A model generated the notes under the pieces. It saw only the letters and a program-made list of their open reading frames with translations. It was not told the DNA's origin and did no database searches. DNA of 64,000 nt from Longimicrobiales bacterium (GTDB lineage Bacteria; Gemmatimonadota; Gemmatimonadetes; Longimicrobiales; Gaopeijiaceae), in NCBI GenBank assembly GCA_965249725.1, contig CBDFMQ010000002.1:2080001-2144000 (forward strand), read 5' to 3'. Position 1 is the first letter of the stretch; each line of letters opens with the position of its first letter. Positions 48,648-59,966 of this stretch are shown piece after piece. Made by a program: the position numbers and the translations under genes.

Positions 48648-49439
48648 TCAGCCGGCTTGCTCGGCTCCGGTGAAGTCGAACTCGACCTCCGCAAACTGAC
48701 CGGAACCCAACGTCACACTCTGCTCGCGCATCCCGAGGTACGGGTGCCAGACTTTCAGGGTGTACTCCCCAGGTGGGATGTCACCGATTTCGAACGTCCC
48801 ATCCTCTCCCGTGGCCACCGTATAGGGTGTGTCCGCAGCGAAGATCCACCCCTGCATGAAGTCGTGGGCATCACACTCGAGCCGAATCTGGTTTCCTCTC
48901 CTGGGGCGTAGTGCCTGGGTAATGACCTCCTTTTCGGGAGGCTGGCCCAGGTTGAACAGGGTCCTGCCGCGCTCTCCGATCAACTCCCAAGCGTGGATGT
49001 TGTGGAGCACCGGGTCGCTGTTCACGATGTCCATGTCGACCCAGCGGGGCATGACGAGCAGGTTCGGCTGGAAGACACAGTCCCTCTGATCCACCACGTG
49101 TCGGACCTCCCCGTTGGGCCACGGCTTCCCAGCAGTCACCCCCTCCAGGAAGACGACCGCCTCAGACAACTCACCCGCCTCGCCGACCGATACGTCCTGA
49201 CGCTCTTGATAGCCGAAGCCACACACCTCTTCGTCCTTGGTAACCAGGAGTCTCCGAACCGGCGGCACTTCGCCGTGGAATACGGCCCTACCGGAGAGCG
49301 TGGCCCCGTCGGTCACCGGGGTCACCTCGTAGTCACTCTGGGCCTCCAAACCTCGAGGCCCGAGGCTGAGAGCGAGCAGCATGAAGCATGCTGGGAGCAG
49401 GGCTTCCGCCCGGGTCGGTAATCTATGTATCAGCCTCAT
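48648..49439 (-). CDS. Secreted cupredoxin-like protein with carboxypeptidase-regulatory-like domain
   Basis: DQRDCVFQP, NSDPVLHNIH, CDAHDFM, IPPGEYTLKVWHP. Confidence 0.75.
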   Translation of the reverse strand: MRLIHRLPTRAEALLPACFMLLALSLGPRGLEAQSDYEVTPVTDGATLSGRAVFHGEVPPVRRLLVTKDEEVCGFGYQERQDVSVGEAGELSEAVVFLEGVTAGKPWPNGEVRHVVDQRDCVFQPNLLVMPRWVDMDIVNSDPVLHNIHAWELIGERGRTLFNLGQPPEKEVITQALRPRRGNQIRLECDAHDFMQGWIFAADTPYTVATGEDGTFEIGDIPPGEYTLKVWHPYLGMREQSVTLGSGQFAEVEFDFTGAEQAG

Positions 49440-49671
49440 GGGATCTGTATCAGCCTCTGAGATCTCGTCGTCGTATCGGTTGCATGAGCGGAACCGGTTC
49501 GGTCCGTGCGCGCATCACGTCGTGCACCGCTGGCCCCCCGGATCCGCTCCGGTGTACACAGAGAGTATCGCCGATCTTGGACGGAAAGTTCCAAAGCCAT
49601 TAAACGTTCGAGGCCGTTGAGCCGAACGGCTCTGCTCTCGTGACTCCGCCCCGTTTCTTTGGAGAACTGAC

Positions 49672-51132
49672 GTGAAGGCCACGACTGGTTTTCTGCTCTG
49701 CCTATCAGCCCTCGCGACCACACTGGTGGTGGCCGCGACACCCGCACCGACCCCCACCGACACCGCACACCTCGCGGCAACCACCGCGCAGTACGGTGAG
49801 GTCCAGAGCGTATTCGATGCCAAGTGCGTGAGCTGCCACACCGGAGCCGACGCCGCGCGCGGGCTTCGCCTCGATTCCTGGGAAAGCACGATCGCCGGGT
49901 CCGACGAGGGAGAGGCCGTCATCGCCTACGATGCCGCTCGGTCCCTTCTGGTCGAGCTGACCACGAAGCTCGTGGAGGGTCCCCATCCGGCGGAGCTGGA
50001 CGCCGAAGGACTCACGGAGGACGAGGTGGCCCTCGTGGGCACCTGGATCGACGAGGGAGCGCCATCCGCGTCAGGGGAGATCCCCTTCGCCGACGCAGAG
50101 CATCTTCTCTATGCAGCGAACCAGAGCGAGGCCGTGGTCTCGGTCATCGACATGGAGACGAACCAGGTCGTGCGCACGGTGGACCTTCAGCCCCTCGGAC
50201 TCCCGGCCAACGCCTGGCCGCATCACATCGCAGTCGAGCCCGACGGCTCCTACTGGTACGTCTCACTCATCGCGGCCAACCAGATCCTGAAGTTCGATCG
50301 TCAGAACAACCTCATCGAGCGCATCGACTTCGTGCGCCCGGGCCTCCTGGCTCTAGACCCGGGGGGCGAGAACCTCTACGCCGCCCGGTCCATGGCCGCG
50401 GTGTCTCCGCCCCAGGAGATCGGAGTGATCCGGCGCTCGGACATGAGCTTCGAGGAGGTCGGGATCTTTCTGCCCAGACCTCACGCTCTGACCGTCCAGC
50501 CCGGGACGGGCACGGTCTTCACAGCCAGCCTCGCGGTGAACCAGATCGCGTCCTTCTATCCGGAGGACGAGGCGCTGGAGCTCGCCGACTTGGGCGGGGA
50601 CCGCCCGCACACGTTCATCGGGTTCGCGACCTCCCCCGACGGTCGGTGGATGGTGGGCACGACCGAACTGACGGCCTCCGTTTTCGTGTTCGACCTCGAA
50701 CGGACCGACATGATCCCGGTCGATACGATCGCTGTGAACGCGGCCCCTTGGCATCCCGCATTCACGCCGGACGGCCGGTGGGTCTACGTGGGCAACAACT
50801 GGGACAACACGGCGAACGTCATCGACATGGAGACCCGTACGCTCGCAAAGGTCATCGAGGGGAACGGTCTCGCGCAGCCACACGGGGCCGCGGTCTCACA
50901 TGACGGACGCTTCGCCTACATCGCAAGCCGCAACCTCGAAATGCCCGAAGGGCACAGCAAGTACGGACATATGTACACGCCGCGGTACGACACGGGGGAC
51001 AACGCCCGGGCGGGCACGGTCGTAGTGATCGACACCGAGACCCAGGAGATCGTGAAGGTCATCGAGATCGAGGGGTACGGTGCGGGGTTGGGTACCGCGG
51101 CTCCGCCGGGGACGGCTGCGCTGCTGCCCTGA
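49672..51132 (+). CDS. Cytochrome c domain fused to a YVTN/YncE-type beta-propeller
   Basis: KCVSCH...GLRLDS...WIDEGA, then PH..A..PDG propeller repeats; signal peptide. Confidence 0.82.
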   Translation: MKATTGFLLCLSALATTLVVAATPAPTPTDTAHLAATTAQYGEVQSVFDAKCVSCHTGADAARGLRLDSWESTIAGSDEGEAVIAYDAARSLLVELTTKLVEGPHPAELDAEGLTEDEVALVGTWIDEGAPSASGEIPFADAEHLLYAANQSEAVVSVIDMETNQVVRTVDLQPLGLPANAWPHHIAVEPDGSYWYVSLIAANQILKFDRQNNLIERIDFVRPGLLALDPGGENLYAARSMAAVSPPQEIGVIRRSDMSFEEVGIFLPRPHALTVQPGTGTVFTASLAVNQIASFYPEDEALELADLGGDRPHTFIGFATSPDGRWMVGTTELTASVFVFDLERTDMIPVDTIAVNAAPWHPAFTPDGRWVYVGNNWDNTANVIDMETRTLAKVIEGNGLAQPHGAAVSHDGRFAYIASRNLEMPEGHSKYGHMYTPRYDTGDNARAGTVVVIDTETQEIVKVIEIEGYGAGLGTAAPPGTAALLP

Positions 51133-51139
51133 CCCCCCC

Positions 51140-51610
51140 CTACTGGTGGGTCAACTCGTAGTCCACGACGTGCCGGCCGCACTGCCCCAGATGCCGCACA
51201 TAAGGGGCCGCCATCTCGGAGACGATGAAACGAACGGCCAGTTCGCTGCACTTCACCGCGCTGCTAGAGTAGGAAATGCTGTAACTCTGGTTGACTCGCG
51301 CTCTCACACGTCGGAGGACGCGTTTCGGTGATTCGACGAGTTCGACCATCACACTCTCGAATTCGCTTCCCTCAGGCGCCTTGATTTCGCCACTGACGAT
51401 CCCGTTCACGGCCTTTTCAACCGCGTTAGGGAAGCCGGCCGGGGGATGTCCATCTTGCCCGTCGCGAGGCGGAATGGGCATGCCGCCCACCACGTCCTCA
51501 GGGGGCAGGCCACCCCCCTGATCCGGCCCGGGCTGGCCCATCCCGGGCACATAAGTTCCGCAAGCGCCGAGGCCCAACGCGAGTACGAGTGAGAGCTCTC
51601 TCACAACCAT
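51140..51610 (-). CDS. Hypothetical lipoprotein
   Basis: GGAGA RBS, lipobox LGAC. Confidence 0.5.
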   Translation of the reverse strand: MVVRELSLVLALGLGACGTYVPGMGQPGPDQGGGLPPEDVVGGMPIPPRDGQDGHPPAGFPNAVEKAVNGIVSGEIKAPEGSEFESVMVELVESPKRVLRRVRARVNQSYSISYSSSAVKCSELAVRFIVSEMAAPYVRHLGQCGRHVVDYELTHQ

Positions 51611-51663
51611 GCTGTTCTCCTCCCCTCATGGTTACGACGAGATCGGAGCGATGTTTCCCTCCA

Positions 51664-53556
51664 CTACCGCATCACCCCCAAGACCAAGTGGGACGGGCTC
51701 TCCGCCGACCGGTAGACGGTCTGCGTGGCCACCTGGTAGTCCTCCGGCTGCGCGTGGTAGATATCCACGAACGTCTGGGGATTCCGGTCATAGGCCGGGA
51801 ACCACGAGCTCTGGACGTGCACCATGATGCGGTGGCCGGCCAGGAACGTGTGGAACTTGTCCTTCAGGTCGATGTCGATGCGGGCGACCTCATCAGGCAC
51901 CATCGGCTCCGGGTTCTCCATGCTGTTCCTGAACTTCCCGCGCATGATCTCTCCGGCCACGTGCATCTGGAAGCCACCCATCGGCACGTTGCACGATTCG
52001 CTCCGAGGCGCGTCGCCCGGGTAGACATCGATGAGCTTCACGATCCAGTCGGAGTCCGTGCCCGTCGTTGAGACATAGACGTCGGCCAGGATCGGCCCGG
52101 CGATGGTCAGGTCTTCCGTCAGAGGCTCCGATACATAGGTGAGTACGTCCGGCCGCGTGGAGGCGAAGCGCTGGTCCTCGACCTTCCAGAGGTGCCCCAG
52201 CGTGGTCCGGATCTCGGCCGAGAACGGGACGGGATGATTCGGATCGCTGACATAACTGTCGGACGCGTCAGCTCCCCTCTCGGTGGGCGCCTCGAAGGAG
52301 AGCGTGCCGTCGTCCCGCAGATAGAGGTTGGTGGCACTCACGCCGGGCGGGGGCCAACGGTCATACTCCCTCCACTCGTTCCGACCCGTCTCGAACACCA
52401 CCGCTTCGGGGGCGTCCCAATCCCCCTCCCCCTTCAGATGACGCCGGAAGAAGGGAGCCTGTACCCGGTTCTGGAAGTCGAGAGAGGTGGGTTGGTCGAA
52501 CTCGACGCACCCCAGGAAGTCTCCCTCCATGCTCCGCCATCCCCCGTGAAGCCACGGCCCGACGGCCAGTGTGTTCTGGCTGGCAGGGCTCATCTCTTCG
52601 ACGGTCCGATAGATCGACATCGGGCCGTAGAAGTCCTCCGTATCGAACCAGCCGGCGACGTTCAGCACGGCGTGATCGATACCGTCCAGGTGTAAGAGGG
52701 CATTCTGCTGCTGCCAGTACTCGTCGTACGTACCGTGCTCCATGAAGTCGTTCCAGGCGATCACGTCGCCCTGGAAATACATGTCGTCGATGTTGGCTGC
52801 GGACCCCGCGTTCAGGAAGAACTCGTATCCCCAAGGCGTGCCGTAGTCGAAGCGCGCTCCCCGGGTGTCGGTTGGAGCGTTCCGTACACGCGCGTTACCC
52901 GAGAGCCAACTGAAGGCATACATGATTCTGAACGCGCCGTTGTGGTGCCAATCGTCTCCCATGAACATGTCCGACGGTGACGCCTGTGGGGACGAGGCCA
53001 CCAGAGCGGGGTGCCGGTCGATCATGCCCATGACCGTCTGCCACCCGGGGTAGGAGATGCCCCACTGCCCGACCCGACCGTTGTCGTTGGGTAGGTAGTT
53101 CAGGGCCCACTCGATCGCGTCGTAGTTGTCGGTACTCTCGTCCGTCTCCGGTGCGCCGGGACGATCGCGGGCGAGCGGTTTGATCACCTCGAACTCGCCC
53201 TCGGAGCGGAACTTCCCTCGGACGTCCTGGAAGACGTAGATGTAGCCATCGCGATCGAAGTCGGCCGTGGGCCCCAGAGGCGTGCGGTATCTGTCCGGCT
53301 CGTAGGGCCCGATCGAATAGGGAGTCCGGAAGAGCATCACCGGATACTCCCTGGTGTCGTCCTTGGGAGAGTAGACGATGGTGTAGAGCCCAACACCGTC
53401 CCTCATCGGCACCATGTGCTCCGTCTTGTCGTAGTTCTCGCGGAGGTAGTCCTCGTGGCTCTGCTGCGGGGCGGCTGCAGCGTCGGGTACGCTCCAGAGC
53501 GTAGCCGTGGGTAGGAGTAGGACGGCTGCCGACAGGAGTGCGTGGGTGGTCTTCAT
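51664..53556 (-). CDS. CocE/NonD family hydrolase
   Basis: RTPY, QDVRGKF.SEG, WGISYPG, GWFD.ED, GPWLHG. Confidence 0.93.
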   Translation of the reverse strand: MKTTHALLSAAVLLLPTATLWSVPDAAAAPQQSHEDYLRENYDKTEHMVPMRDGVGLYTIVYSPKDDTREYPVMLFRTPYSIGPYEPDRYRTPLGPTADFDRDGYIYVFQDVRGKFRSEGEFEVIKPLARDRPGAPETDESTDNYDAIEWALNYLPNDNGRVGQWGISYPGWQTVMGMIDRHPALVASSPQASPSDMFMGDDWHHNGAFRIMYAFSWLSGNARVRNAPTDTRGARFDYGTPWGYEFFLNAGSAANIDDMYFQGDVIAWNDFMEHGTYDEYWQQQNALLHLDGIDHAVLNVAGWFDTEDFYGPMSIYRTVEEMSPASQNTLAVGPWLHGGWRSMEGDFLGCVEFDQPTSLDFQNRVQAPFFRRHLKGEGDWDAPEAVVFETGRNEWREYDRWPPPGVSATNLYLRDDGTLSFEAPTERGADASDSYVSDPNHPVPFSAEIRTTLGHLWKVEDQRFASTRPDVLTYVSEPLTEDLTIAGPILADVYVSTTGTDSDWIVKLIDVYPGDAPRSESCNVPMGGFQMHVAGEIMRGKFRNSMENPEPMVPDEVARIDIDLKDKFHTFLAGHRIMVHVQSSWFPAYDRNPQTFVDIYHAQPEDYQVATQTVYRSAESPSHLVLGVMR

Positions 53557-53785
53557 GATGGTGTGCCTCTGCTCGGCCTATGACGTGGCAAGGGGGTAGA
53601 AGGGCAAGTTGACTGCGGTCGAGTGCCGTCGCAACTCTCGATTTACGCGTGCCTCTCCCGGGCGCCACAGAGCGTTCGAGGCGAGGCCTGCCGACGTTCC
53701 TGGGAGGCCGCGTGTGTATCTGTACCGTGACCATAAGTACGACAGCTAGGCCTGCGGAGCCATGCGCCTCAAGTCGAGGCCAGCC

Positions 53786-54550
53786 TTACTCGGGCACCTC
53801 AAGTTTGGTCACTGTAAGACCAAGCTCCGCTCGAAGACGAGTCCATCGACTGCAGTCCAGCGAAATATCATATGGGAGCTTCACGGGCGCCTCACTTCTC
53901 AAACCGGGCCGGACGTTCGGGGCTCGCCGGCGCGCCAACTCGTACGTCGACTTTCTCTCGGTGGCGATGTGGAGTGTCTCGACGTTCAGTTCGCCGCAGT
54001 TGAGAATGGCCGAGGCGAGCTCCGGTGCCACGATGTCGACGTAGTCCTGACTCGTGAAGACGTCGGTGAATGCCACCTGGTGCGGCCAAGCACGCGGTCG
54101 GAAGCTCGAGCGGATGACCAAGTGCTCGGGAGCCGACCTCGCTACCGCTTCAGAGACGATCTTGGTCAACGCATAATAGTTCAGCGCCGCGCCGAGCGGA
54201 TCTTCTTCTTTATAGCCCCCGTGCCGACCGTCGAATACGTAGTCCGTAGATATGTGGATCAGAAACGCACCGGCCGCGGCAGCACCGAATGAGACATTGC
54301 GGGTTCCATCGACATTTACAGCCCAGCACTTGCTTCGCTGCTCTTCGGCGCCTTGGACGTCTGTAAAACCGGCGGCATGGACAACCACCCTCGGCTTGTA
54401 CGTGGTAAGCACCCGTCGGATAGCCCCTGGATCGAGGACGTCCATTTCCTCCCGAGTGGGTGCGACCACACCCGGAAGCAAGCGACGAAGCTCCGTGCCG
54501 AGCGTGCCAGTGCCGCCCGTGAGCAGCACATCCGATGGGGGCGTCGACAC
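53786..54550 (-). CDS. rmlD: dTDP-4-dehydrorhamnose reductase
   Basis: TGGTGTLG, HAAGFTDV, ISTDYVFDG, YALTK. Confidence 0.85.
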   Translation of the reverse strand: MSTPPSDVLLTGGTGTLGTELRRLLPGVVAPTREEMDVLDPGAIRRVLTTYKPRVVVHAAGFTDVQGAEEQRSKCWAVNVDGTRNVSFGAAAAGAFLIHISTDYVFDGRHGGYKEEDPLGAALNYYALTKIVSEAVARSAPEHLVIRSSFRPRAWPHQVAFTDVFTSQDYVDIVAPELASAILNCGELNVETLHIATERKSTYELARRRAPNVRPGLRSEAPVKLPYDISLDCSRWTRLRAELGLTVTKLEVPE

Positions 54551-54552
54551 GT

Positions 54553-55104
54553 TCAGTACGTTGGGAGTGCTTCAGCACTGATTTCCGCCATAGTCGGCGC
54601 GGAGGCGTCCTTCCCCGACAGAATCGGGCAACTCAAGGGCCAGTCCACTCCGATCAGAGGATCATCCCAGCGGATGCAGAAATCCCCGGACGGATCGTAG
54701 TATTCGGTGCATTTGTAGCTGAGTACAGCGCGGTCGGAAACCGCCACGAAGCCATGCGCGAAGCCGGGCGGGATATAGAGTTGGCTCCCTCTCTCGGCGC
54801 TCAGAGTCAGTGCGGTCCACTCCATGAAGGTCGGGGAGCCACGCCTGATGTCTACGGCCACATCGTACGCTTCGCCGTAGAGCACCGTGACCAATTTCCC
54901 CTGGGGGCGGGGGGTCTGGAAATGAAATCCACGAAGTACGTTCTGTTCGGACACTGAGACATTGTCCTGAACGAACACGGCTTGGATGCCCGCCTCCCGG
55001 TAGGCTTGCTCTCTCCAAGTCTCGAGGAAGAGTCCTCTTTCATCCTGGTGAACCTGTGTCTCGAAGAGGAGCACCTCCTCTAGGGCTGTCGGCTTGCGAA
55101 TCAC
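54553..55104 (-). CDS. rmlC: dTDP-4-dehydrorhamnose 3,5-epimerase
   Basis: [32 protein letters not shown]. Confidence 0.95.
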   Translation of the reverse strand: MIRKPTALEEVLLFETQVHQDERGLFLETWREQAYREAGIQAVFVQDNVSVSEQNVLRGFHFQTPRPQGKLVTVLYGEAYDVAVDIRRGSPTFMEWTALTLSAERGSQLYIPPGFAHGFVAVSDRAVLSYKCTEYYDPSGDFCIRWDDPLIGVDWPLSCPILSGKDASAPTMAEISAEALPTY

Positions 55105-55973
55105 CTCTCACCCTCCGCGAACCGAAGGAGATACTCGCCATAGCCGCTGCCGACCATTGCCTTGGCAAGTCGCAACAGCTGCTCCCGATCGATGTAGCCC
55201 ATCCGGTACGCTACTTCTTCGGGCGCCGCGATCCGAAGACCTTGTCTGCGTTCGATAGCTCCGATGAAGGCGGAGGCCTCGGCCAGTGAATCCACCGTCC
55301 CGGTGTCCAGCCAGGCCATCCCCCGTCCAAGTACTTCCATCCGAAGGCGACCTTGATCGAGGTACTGCTGATTGACCGCTGTAATCTCGTACTCCCCCCG
55401 CGCAGACTTGGGAAGTGCCGAAGCAATCGAGACGACGTCGTTGTCGTAAATATAAAGACCGGTCACCGCGAGATCCGACTTCGGATCGCGGGGCTTCTCC
55501 TCGATGGAGAGAACGGATCCGTCACGGGCGAGTTCAGCGACACCGTACCGCCCTGGATTCTCGACACGATATCCGAAAACGGTTGCCCCTGACTCCTGCT
55601 CCGCGGCCAGTTGCAGCCTCGAGGCCAGGCCCTGTCCATAGAAGATGTTGTCCCCGAGGATGAGTGCGACCGAGTCGCTGCCGACGAACTCTCGACCGAT
55701 TACGAACGCCTGCGCGATGCCTTCAGGCGCATGTTGGATCGCGTACTCGATCTGGATCCCCCAGTCCTCACCGTTCCCCAATAGGTGTTCGAAGATTGGA
55801 AGATCTCTCGCCGTCGAGATGAGGAGAAACTCACGGATCCCTGCAAGCATCAGAGTGGACAACGGGTAGTACACCATCGGTTTGTCGTAGACCGGGAGGA
55901 GCTGCTTGCTTACGGCCTTCGTGATCGGATGCAGACGAGTACCCGATCCCCCAGCCAGGAGTACGCCCTTCAA
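55101..55973 (-). CDS. rmlA: Glucose-1-phosphate thymidylyltransferase
   Basis: [32 protein letters not shown] start overlapping the rmlB TGA. Confidence 0.95.
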   Translation of the reverse strand: MKGVLLAGGSGTRLHPITKAVSKQLLPVYDKPMVYYPLSTLMLAGIREFLLISTARDLPIFEHLLGNGEDWGIQIEYAIQHAPEGIAQAFVIGREFVGSDSVALILGDNIFYGQGLASRLQLAAEQESGATVFGYRVENPGRYGVAELARDGSVLSIEEKPRDPKSDLAVTGLYIYDNDVVSIASALPKSARGEYEITAVNQQYLDQGRLRMEVLGRGMAWLDTGTVDSLAEASAFIGAIERRQGLRIAAPEEVAYRMGYIDREQLLRLAKAMVGSGYGEYLLRFAEGER

Positions 55974-57064
55974 GCCTGCCCCGGCGGGTGTAGGCCGAGC
56001 CGTTCGCCCCTGTACTCGCCCGTCCGGACGCGCTCCCACCACCACCGATTATCCAGATACCAGCGCACTGTGTCCTCCAGCCCCGTCTCGAAGTCTCGGG
56101 AAGGTTCCCAGCCCAACTCGTTCCTAATCTTAGAGGCATCGATAGCGTAGCGCCGATCGTGGCCAGGTCGATCATCAACGTACTCGATCAGATCGCGTCG
56201 TCGAATCCCGTTCGGGCTCGGAGCGAGGTCGTCCACGAAATCTGCGATGCTCGTCACAACATCAATGTTACGGCGCTCTGCCGCACCGCCGATAAGATAT
56301 GTGTCGCCAACGCGTCCAGCCTCCAATACCCGAAGGATGGCCGTAACGTGGTCGTCGACGTGGAGCCAGTCCCGGATGTTGGATCCCTGTCCGTAGACCG
56401 GGAGGCGTCTGTCCTCCAGAGCATTCAGAGTCACCAGCGGGATCAGCTTCTCCGGGAACTGGTAGGGCCCGTAGTTGTTGGAACAGTTCGTAATCAGGAT
56501 CGGCAGTCCATATGTACGTCCCCACGCCCTCACGAGATGGTCGGAGCTCGCCTTGGTCGCGGAGTATGGGGAGCTAGGGTCGTAGGCCGTGGCTTCGGTG
56601 AACCAGCCGTCTCCTGATAGGGAACCGAAGACCTCATCGGTGGACACGTGGTGAAACCGGAACCGAAGTTTCTCGCTCTCCGAAAGGCGACTCCAATGTC
56701 GGTGAGCCGCCTCCAGTAGATTGAGCGTCCCTGTGACGTTCGTCTCGACGAACCCCCTGGGACCGTCGATTGACCGGTCTACATGGGTCTCGGCGGCCAG
56801 GTGTATCACCGCCGAGGGTCGGTGAGTATCGAAGACGCCCCGAAGGGCTACTCGATCACGGATATCGACGTGCTCGAAACGGTAGAGCGGAGCCCCCTCC
56901 ACGTCTCTTAGAGAATCGAGATTCCCCGCATAGGAGAGGGCATCGACGTTGACTATCTGGGCAGTGGCAGCATCGATGGCAACTCGCACCAGAGCGGAAC
57001 CGATGAACCCGGCACCGCCCGTGACGAGAAGGCGTTGACCATCAAGAAAGTCTAAATCGGACAT
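55970..57064 (-). CDS. rmlB: dTDP-glucose 4,6-dehydratase
   Basis: [33 protein letters not shown]. Confidence 0.96.
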   Translation of the reverse strand: MSDLDFLDGQRLLVTGGAGFIGSALVRVAIDAATAQIVNVDALSYAGNLDSLRDVEGAPLYRFEHVDIRDRVALRGVFDTHRPSAVIHLAAETHVDRSIDGPRGFVETNVTGTLNLLEAAHRHWSRLSESEKLRFRFHHVSTDEVFGSLSGDGWFTEATAYDPSSPYSATKASSDHLVRAWGRTYGLPILITNCSNNYGPYQFPEKLIPLVTLNALEDRRLPVYGQGSNIRDWLHVDDHVTAILRVLEAGRVGDTYLIGGAAERRNIDVVTSIADFVDDLAPSPNGIRRRDLIEYVDDRPGHDRRYAIDASKIRNELGWEPSRDFETGLEDTVRWYLDNRWWWERVRTGEYRGERLGLHPPGQA

Positions 57065-57390
57065 AATCCCCGCTGGTGGACTCGGACAGATGCTCGCAAC
57101 GACAGACTGCAGCAGGAGGCACGGACTGCGCCAACCGTACGGGGGGCGGGTCAAAGTCGGCGCGTCTCCATACCTGCAACCGTCCGGCGGCCAGAATCTA
57201 AGCTATGTGATTATGCGCTGCAGGCACCCTGCGGAAAGGGGCGGGTGGCTCGAAAGGGACCAGGGGCTGACTTGCCGTTTGTCCTGGCCGCAGACGTCCG
57301 CATAGCTTGCATGGACAGATCGCCGACTCAGGGTGGGCGCATTCTTTTGGGCCCTGTCGCGGGACGGCGAATCGCAGATTGAGGAATCCA

Positions 57391-57673
57391 ATGTTCGGTT
57401 TGCGGAAAAGTCGGCAGCAAAAGGTATTCTGCGTCGGTGATGAATAGGCTCCTCTTCGACTCGCCGGAGGACGATCCGTACTGTCGAGAATCGCTGATTC
57501 GCCACTACGAGAACCATGTCTATTCGGTTCGCCAGTACTTTCGACATCATCCAAAGGACCTGCTCGTTATCGATCCCTCCCAGCGCGATGCGTACAGAAG
57601 ACTCTGTGAGTTTTTGGGGAAACCCGCTGTCTCTGAAGGATTCCCACATCTGAACAGGACCGATGCCGAGTAG
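57391..57673 (+). pseudogene. Internally deleted sulfotransferase-family gene
   Basis: GAGGA RBS + MFGLRKSRQQKVFCVG, then out-of-frame C-terminus YENHV...LCEFLG...FPHLN; P-loop core missing. Confidence 0.65.
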
Positions 57674-57690
57674 AGTCCATCGAGCCGTGC

Positions 57691-57858
57691 TCACGCCAGA
57701 CGTGTCCCGGGCGGGGACTCACGGCCGTCGGTCGACCCGTTGATGACGAAGACCACCTCGTATCGGAGGCCGTCGACCCGCTGGCGGGCGAGCTGGGGCA
57801 CTGTCCTCTCGAGGAGTGTTCGTCGATTGAAGGTGGGGATGACGACGGAGATATCCAT
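57691..57858 (-). pseudogene. N-terminal fragment of a family 2 glycosyltransferase (55 aa)
   Basis: MDISVVIPTFNRRTLLERT...EVVFVINGSTDG then stop; not in the ORF track. Confidence 0.8.
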
Positions 57859-58058
57859 GAGGCTTTCGGAAGTCGGTGGGTCGCGTTGCTAATCGTCGTC
57901 AGCGTCAGTTCGTCAACATACAATAAGCGGCGTGTGCGGCCAAAGAACGATACCGACCGTGGCGCTGGAAGGAGTGTGAGGTTGTCGAGAAAGCAGATCC
58001 GGCGTGTGTACCTCGGACGAAGACGGACCGGCGCGTGGCCGGTCTCTGGAGGGCGGTG

Positions 58059-59138
58059 ATGTCGGTGGTGGTTGTAACCGGCTCTGCCGGTCTCGTCGGT
58101 TCGGAGGCCTCCAGATACTACGCCGAACGGGGGATGGATGTGGTGGGCGTCGACAACGACATGCGCCGAACGTTCTTCGGCGCCGACGCCTCCACGAGTT
58201 GGCAACGGAAGAATCTCGAGAATCACCTCGGCGCAAGCTACCGGCACGTGGACGATGATATCCGGGACACCGACCGTGTCGCTTCGCTCTTCGGCGAGTA
58301 CGGGAACAAGATCGAGTTGGTGATTCACGCCGCCGCCCAGCCCTCTCACGATTGGGCCGCGACCGATCCGGTCACCGACTTCACCGTCAACGCGAACGGC
58401 ACGCTGAGCATGTTGGAGGCCACCCGCCGATACGCCCCCGAGGCCGTCTTCGTCTTCTGCTCGACGAACAAGGTCTACGGCGATGCACCCAACCGGCTCC
58501 CGCTGGTCGAAATGGAGACCCGCTGGGAGATCGAGCCTTCGCACCCGTACGCCGGCGGAATCGCGGAAAATATGTCGGTGGACCAAAACCTCCACAGCCT
58601 GTTCGGCGCCTCGAAGCTCTCGGCCGACATTCTCGTGCAGGAGTACGGCCGCTATTTCGGCATGAGAACGGGGTGCTTTCGCGGTGGTTGCCTGACCGGC
58701 CCCAACCACTCTGGCACACAGCTTCACGGCTTCCTGGCCTACCTGATGAAGTGCGCAGTGACCAGCGAGCCCTACACCGTGTTCGGGTACAAGGGCAAGC
58801 AGGTAAGAGACAACATCCACAGCGCGGACCTGATTCGGGCCTTCGACGCGTTCTTCGAGGCGCCTCGCGAGGGGGAGATCTACAACATGGGGGGCGGCCG
58901 CGAGAGCCACTGTTCGATGCTCGAAGCCATCCACCTCTGCGAGCAGATCGCAGGACGCGAACTGAATTGGAGCTACTCGGAGGACAATCGGGTCGGAGAT
59001 CACATCTGGTATGTCAGCGACCTCGGCAAATTCAAGAGCCACTACCCGGATTGGCAGATCCAGCACAACATCGAGGCGCTCCTCACCGAGATCCATGCGA
59101 TGAATCGCGATCGCTGGCTGGAAGAGGGCCGGGGGTGA
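58059..59138 (+). CDS. NAD-dependent epimerase (CDP-paratose 2-epimerase-like)
   Basis: [34 protein letters not shown]. Confidence 0.88.
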   Translation: MSVVVVTGSAGLVGSEASRYYAERGMDVVGVDNDMRRTFFGADASTSWQRKNLENHLGASYRHVDDDIRDTDRVASLFGEYGNKIELVIHAAAQPSHDWAATDPVTDFTVNANGTLSMLEATRRYAPEAVFVFCSTNKVYGDAPNRLPLVEMETRWEIEPSHPYAGGIAENMSVDQNLHSLFGASKLSADILVQEYGRYFGMRTGCFRGGCLTGPNHSGTQLHGFLAYLMKCAVTSEPYTVFGYKGKQVRDNIHSADLIRAFDAFFEAPREGEIYNMGGGRESHCSMLEAIHLCEQIAGRELNWSYSEDNRVGDHIWYVSDLGKFKSHYPDWQIQHNIEALLTEIHAMNRDRWLEEGRG

Positions 59139-59938
59139 TCGACCGAGGCAAACGCAATGTGGTCGGCGTCATGGTGGACGTCGTGGATTACGACGGCGCC
59201 GTGACTCGGATCGTCGATGCCGCACGTCGAGAACACGCTCTCGGGGTCTCCGCCCTTGCCGTTCACGGAGTGATGACCGGGGTTCTCGACGACTCGCACC
59301 GATTCAGGCTCAACCATCTCGACCTCGTCTGCCCGGACGGCCAGCCCGTGCGATGGGCCCTCAATTGGTTGCACGGGGCGGGCCTGCGCGACCGCGTCTA
59401 CGGCCCGGACCTGACCCTTCGGCTGTGCGAAGAAGCCGCCCGGGAGTCATTGCCGATCTACCTCTACGGCAGCCGACCCGAAGTGCTCGAGTCGCTCGGA
59501 AGCAACCTTCAGAGCCGCTTTCCGGAACTCGAGATCGCCGGGTCTCAGCCATCCCGCTTCAGGGCTCTCTCCGAGGAGGAGAGGACAGAGGTGGTTGGTC
59601 AGATCGTGGACAGTGGAGCGCGTATGGTCTTCGTCGGACTCGGCTGTCCGCGCCAGGAGGTGTGGGTCTACGAGTACCGCGATCTCTTGCCAATGCCGCT
59701 CATCGCCGTGGGTGCCGCCTTCGATTTCCATGCGGGCAACACCGCGCAGGCGCCCGAGCGCCTGCAGAGCGCGGGCCTGGAGTGGTTGTTCCGGCTCTTG
59801 CACGACCCCGCCCGGCTTTGGCACCGGTACCTCGTGCTCAGCCCACGATACCTCATGCTACTGCTGCTTCAGGCTACCCGGCTCCGCCGCTTCGACCCGG
59901 CGGCGTCACCCCCGAGCGCCGAGCTGCGGCACGGATGA
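59135..59938 (+). CDS. WecB/TagA/CpsF family glycosyltransferase
   Basis: [37 protein letters not shown]. Confidence 0.92.
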   Translation: MIDRGKRNVVGVMVDVVDYDGAVTRIVDAARREHALGVSALAVHGVMTGVLDDSHRFRLNHLDLVCPDGQPVRWALNWLHGAGLRDRVYGPDLTLRLCEEAARESLPIYLYGSRPEVLESLGSNLQSRFPELEIAGSQPSRFRALSEEERTEVVGQIVDSGARMVFVGLGCPRQEVWVYEYRDLLPMPLIAVGAAFDFHAGNTAQAPERLQSAGLEWLFRLLHDPARLWHRYLVLSPRYLMLLLLQATRLRRFDPAASPPSAELRHG

Positions 59939-59966
59939 GCCTTGCCGGCCCCCACCGGGCCGAGAC

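Noticed and set aside
49672..51132. Nitrite reductase NirS
   Set aside because: The cytochrome domain and propeller look like planctomycete-type cytochrome c and YVTN repeats; no nir accessory genes in the window.
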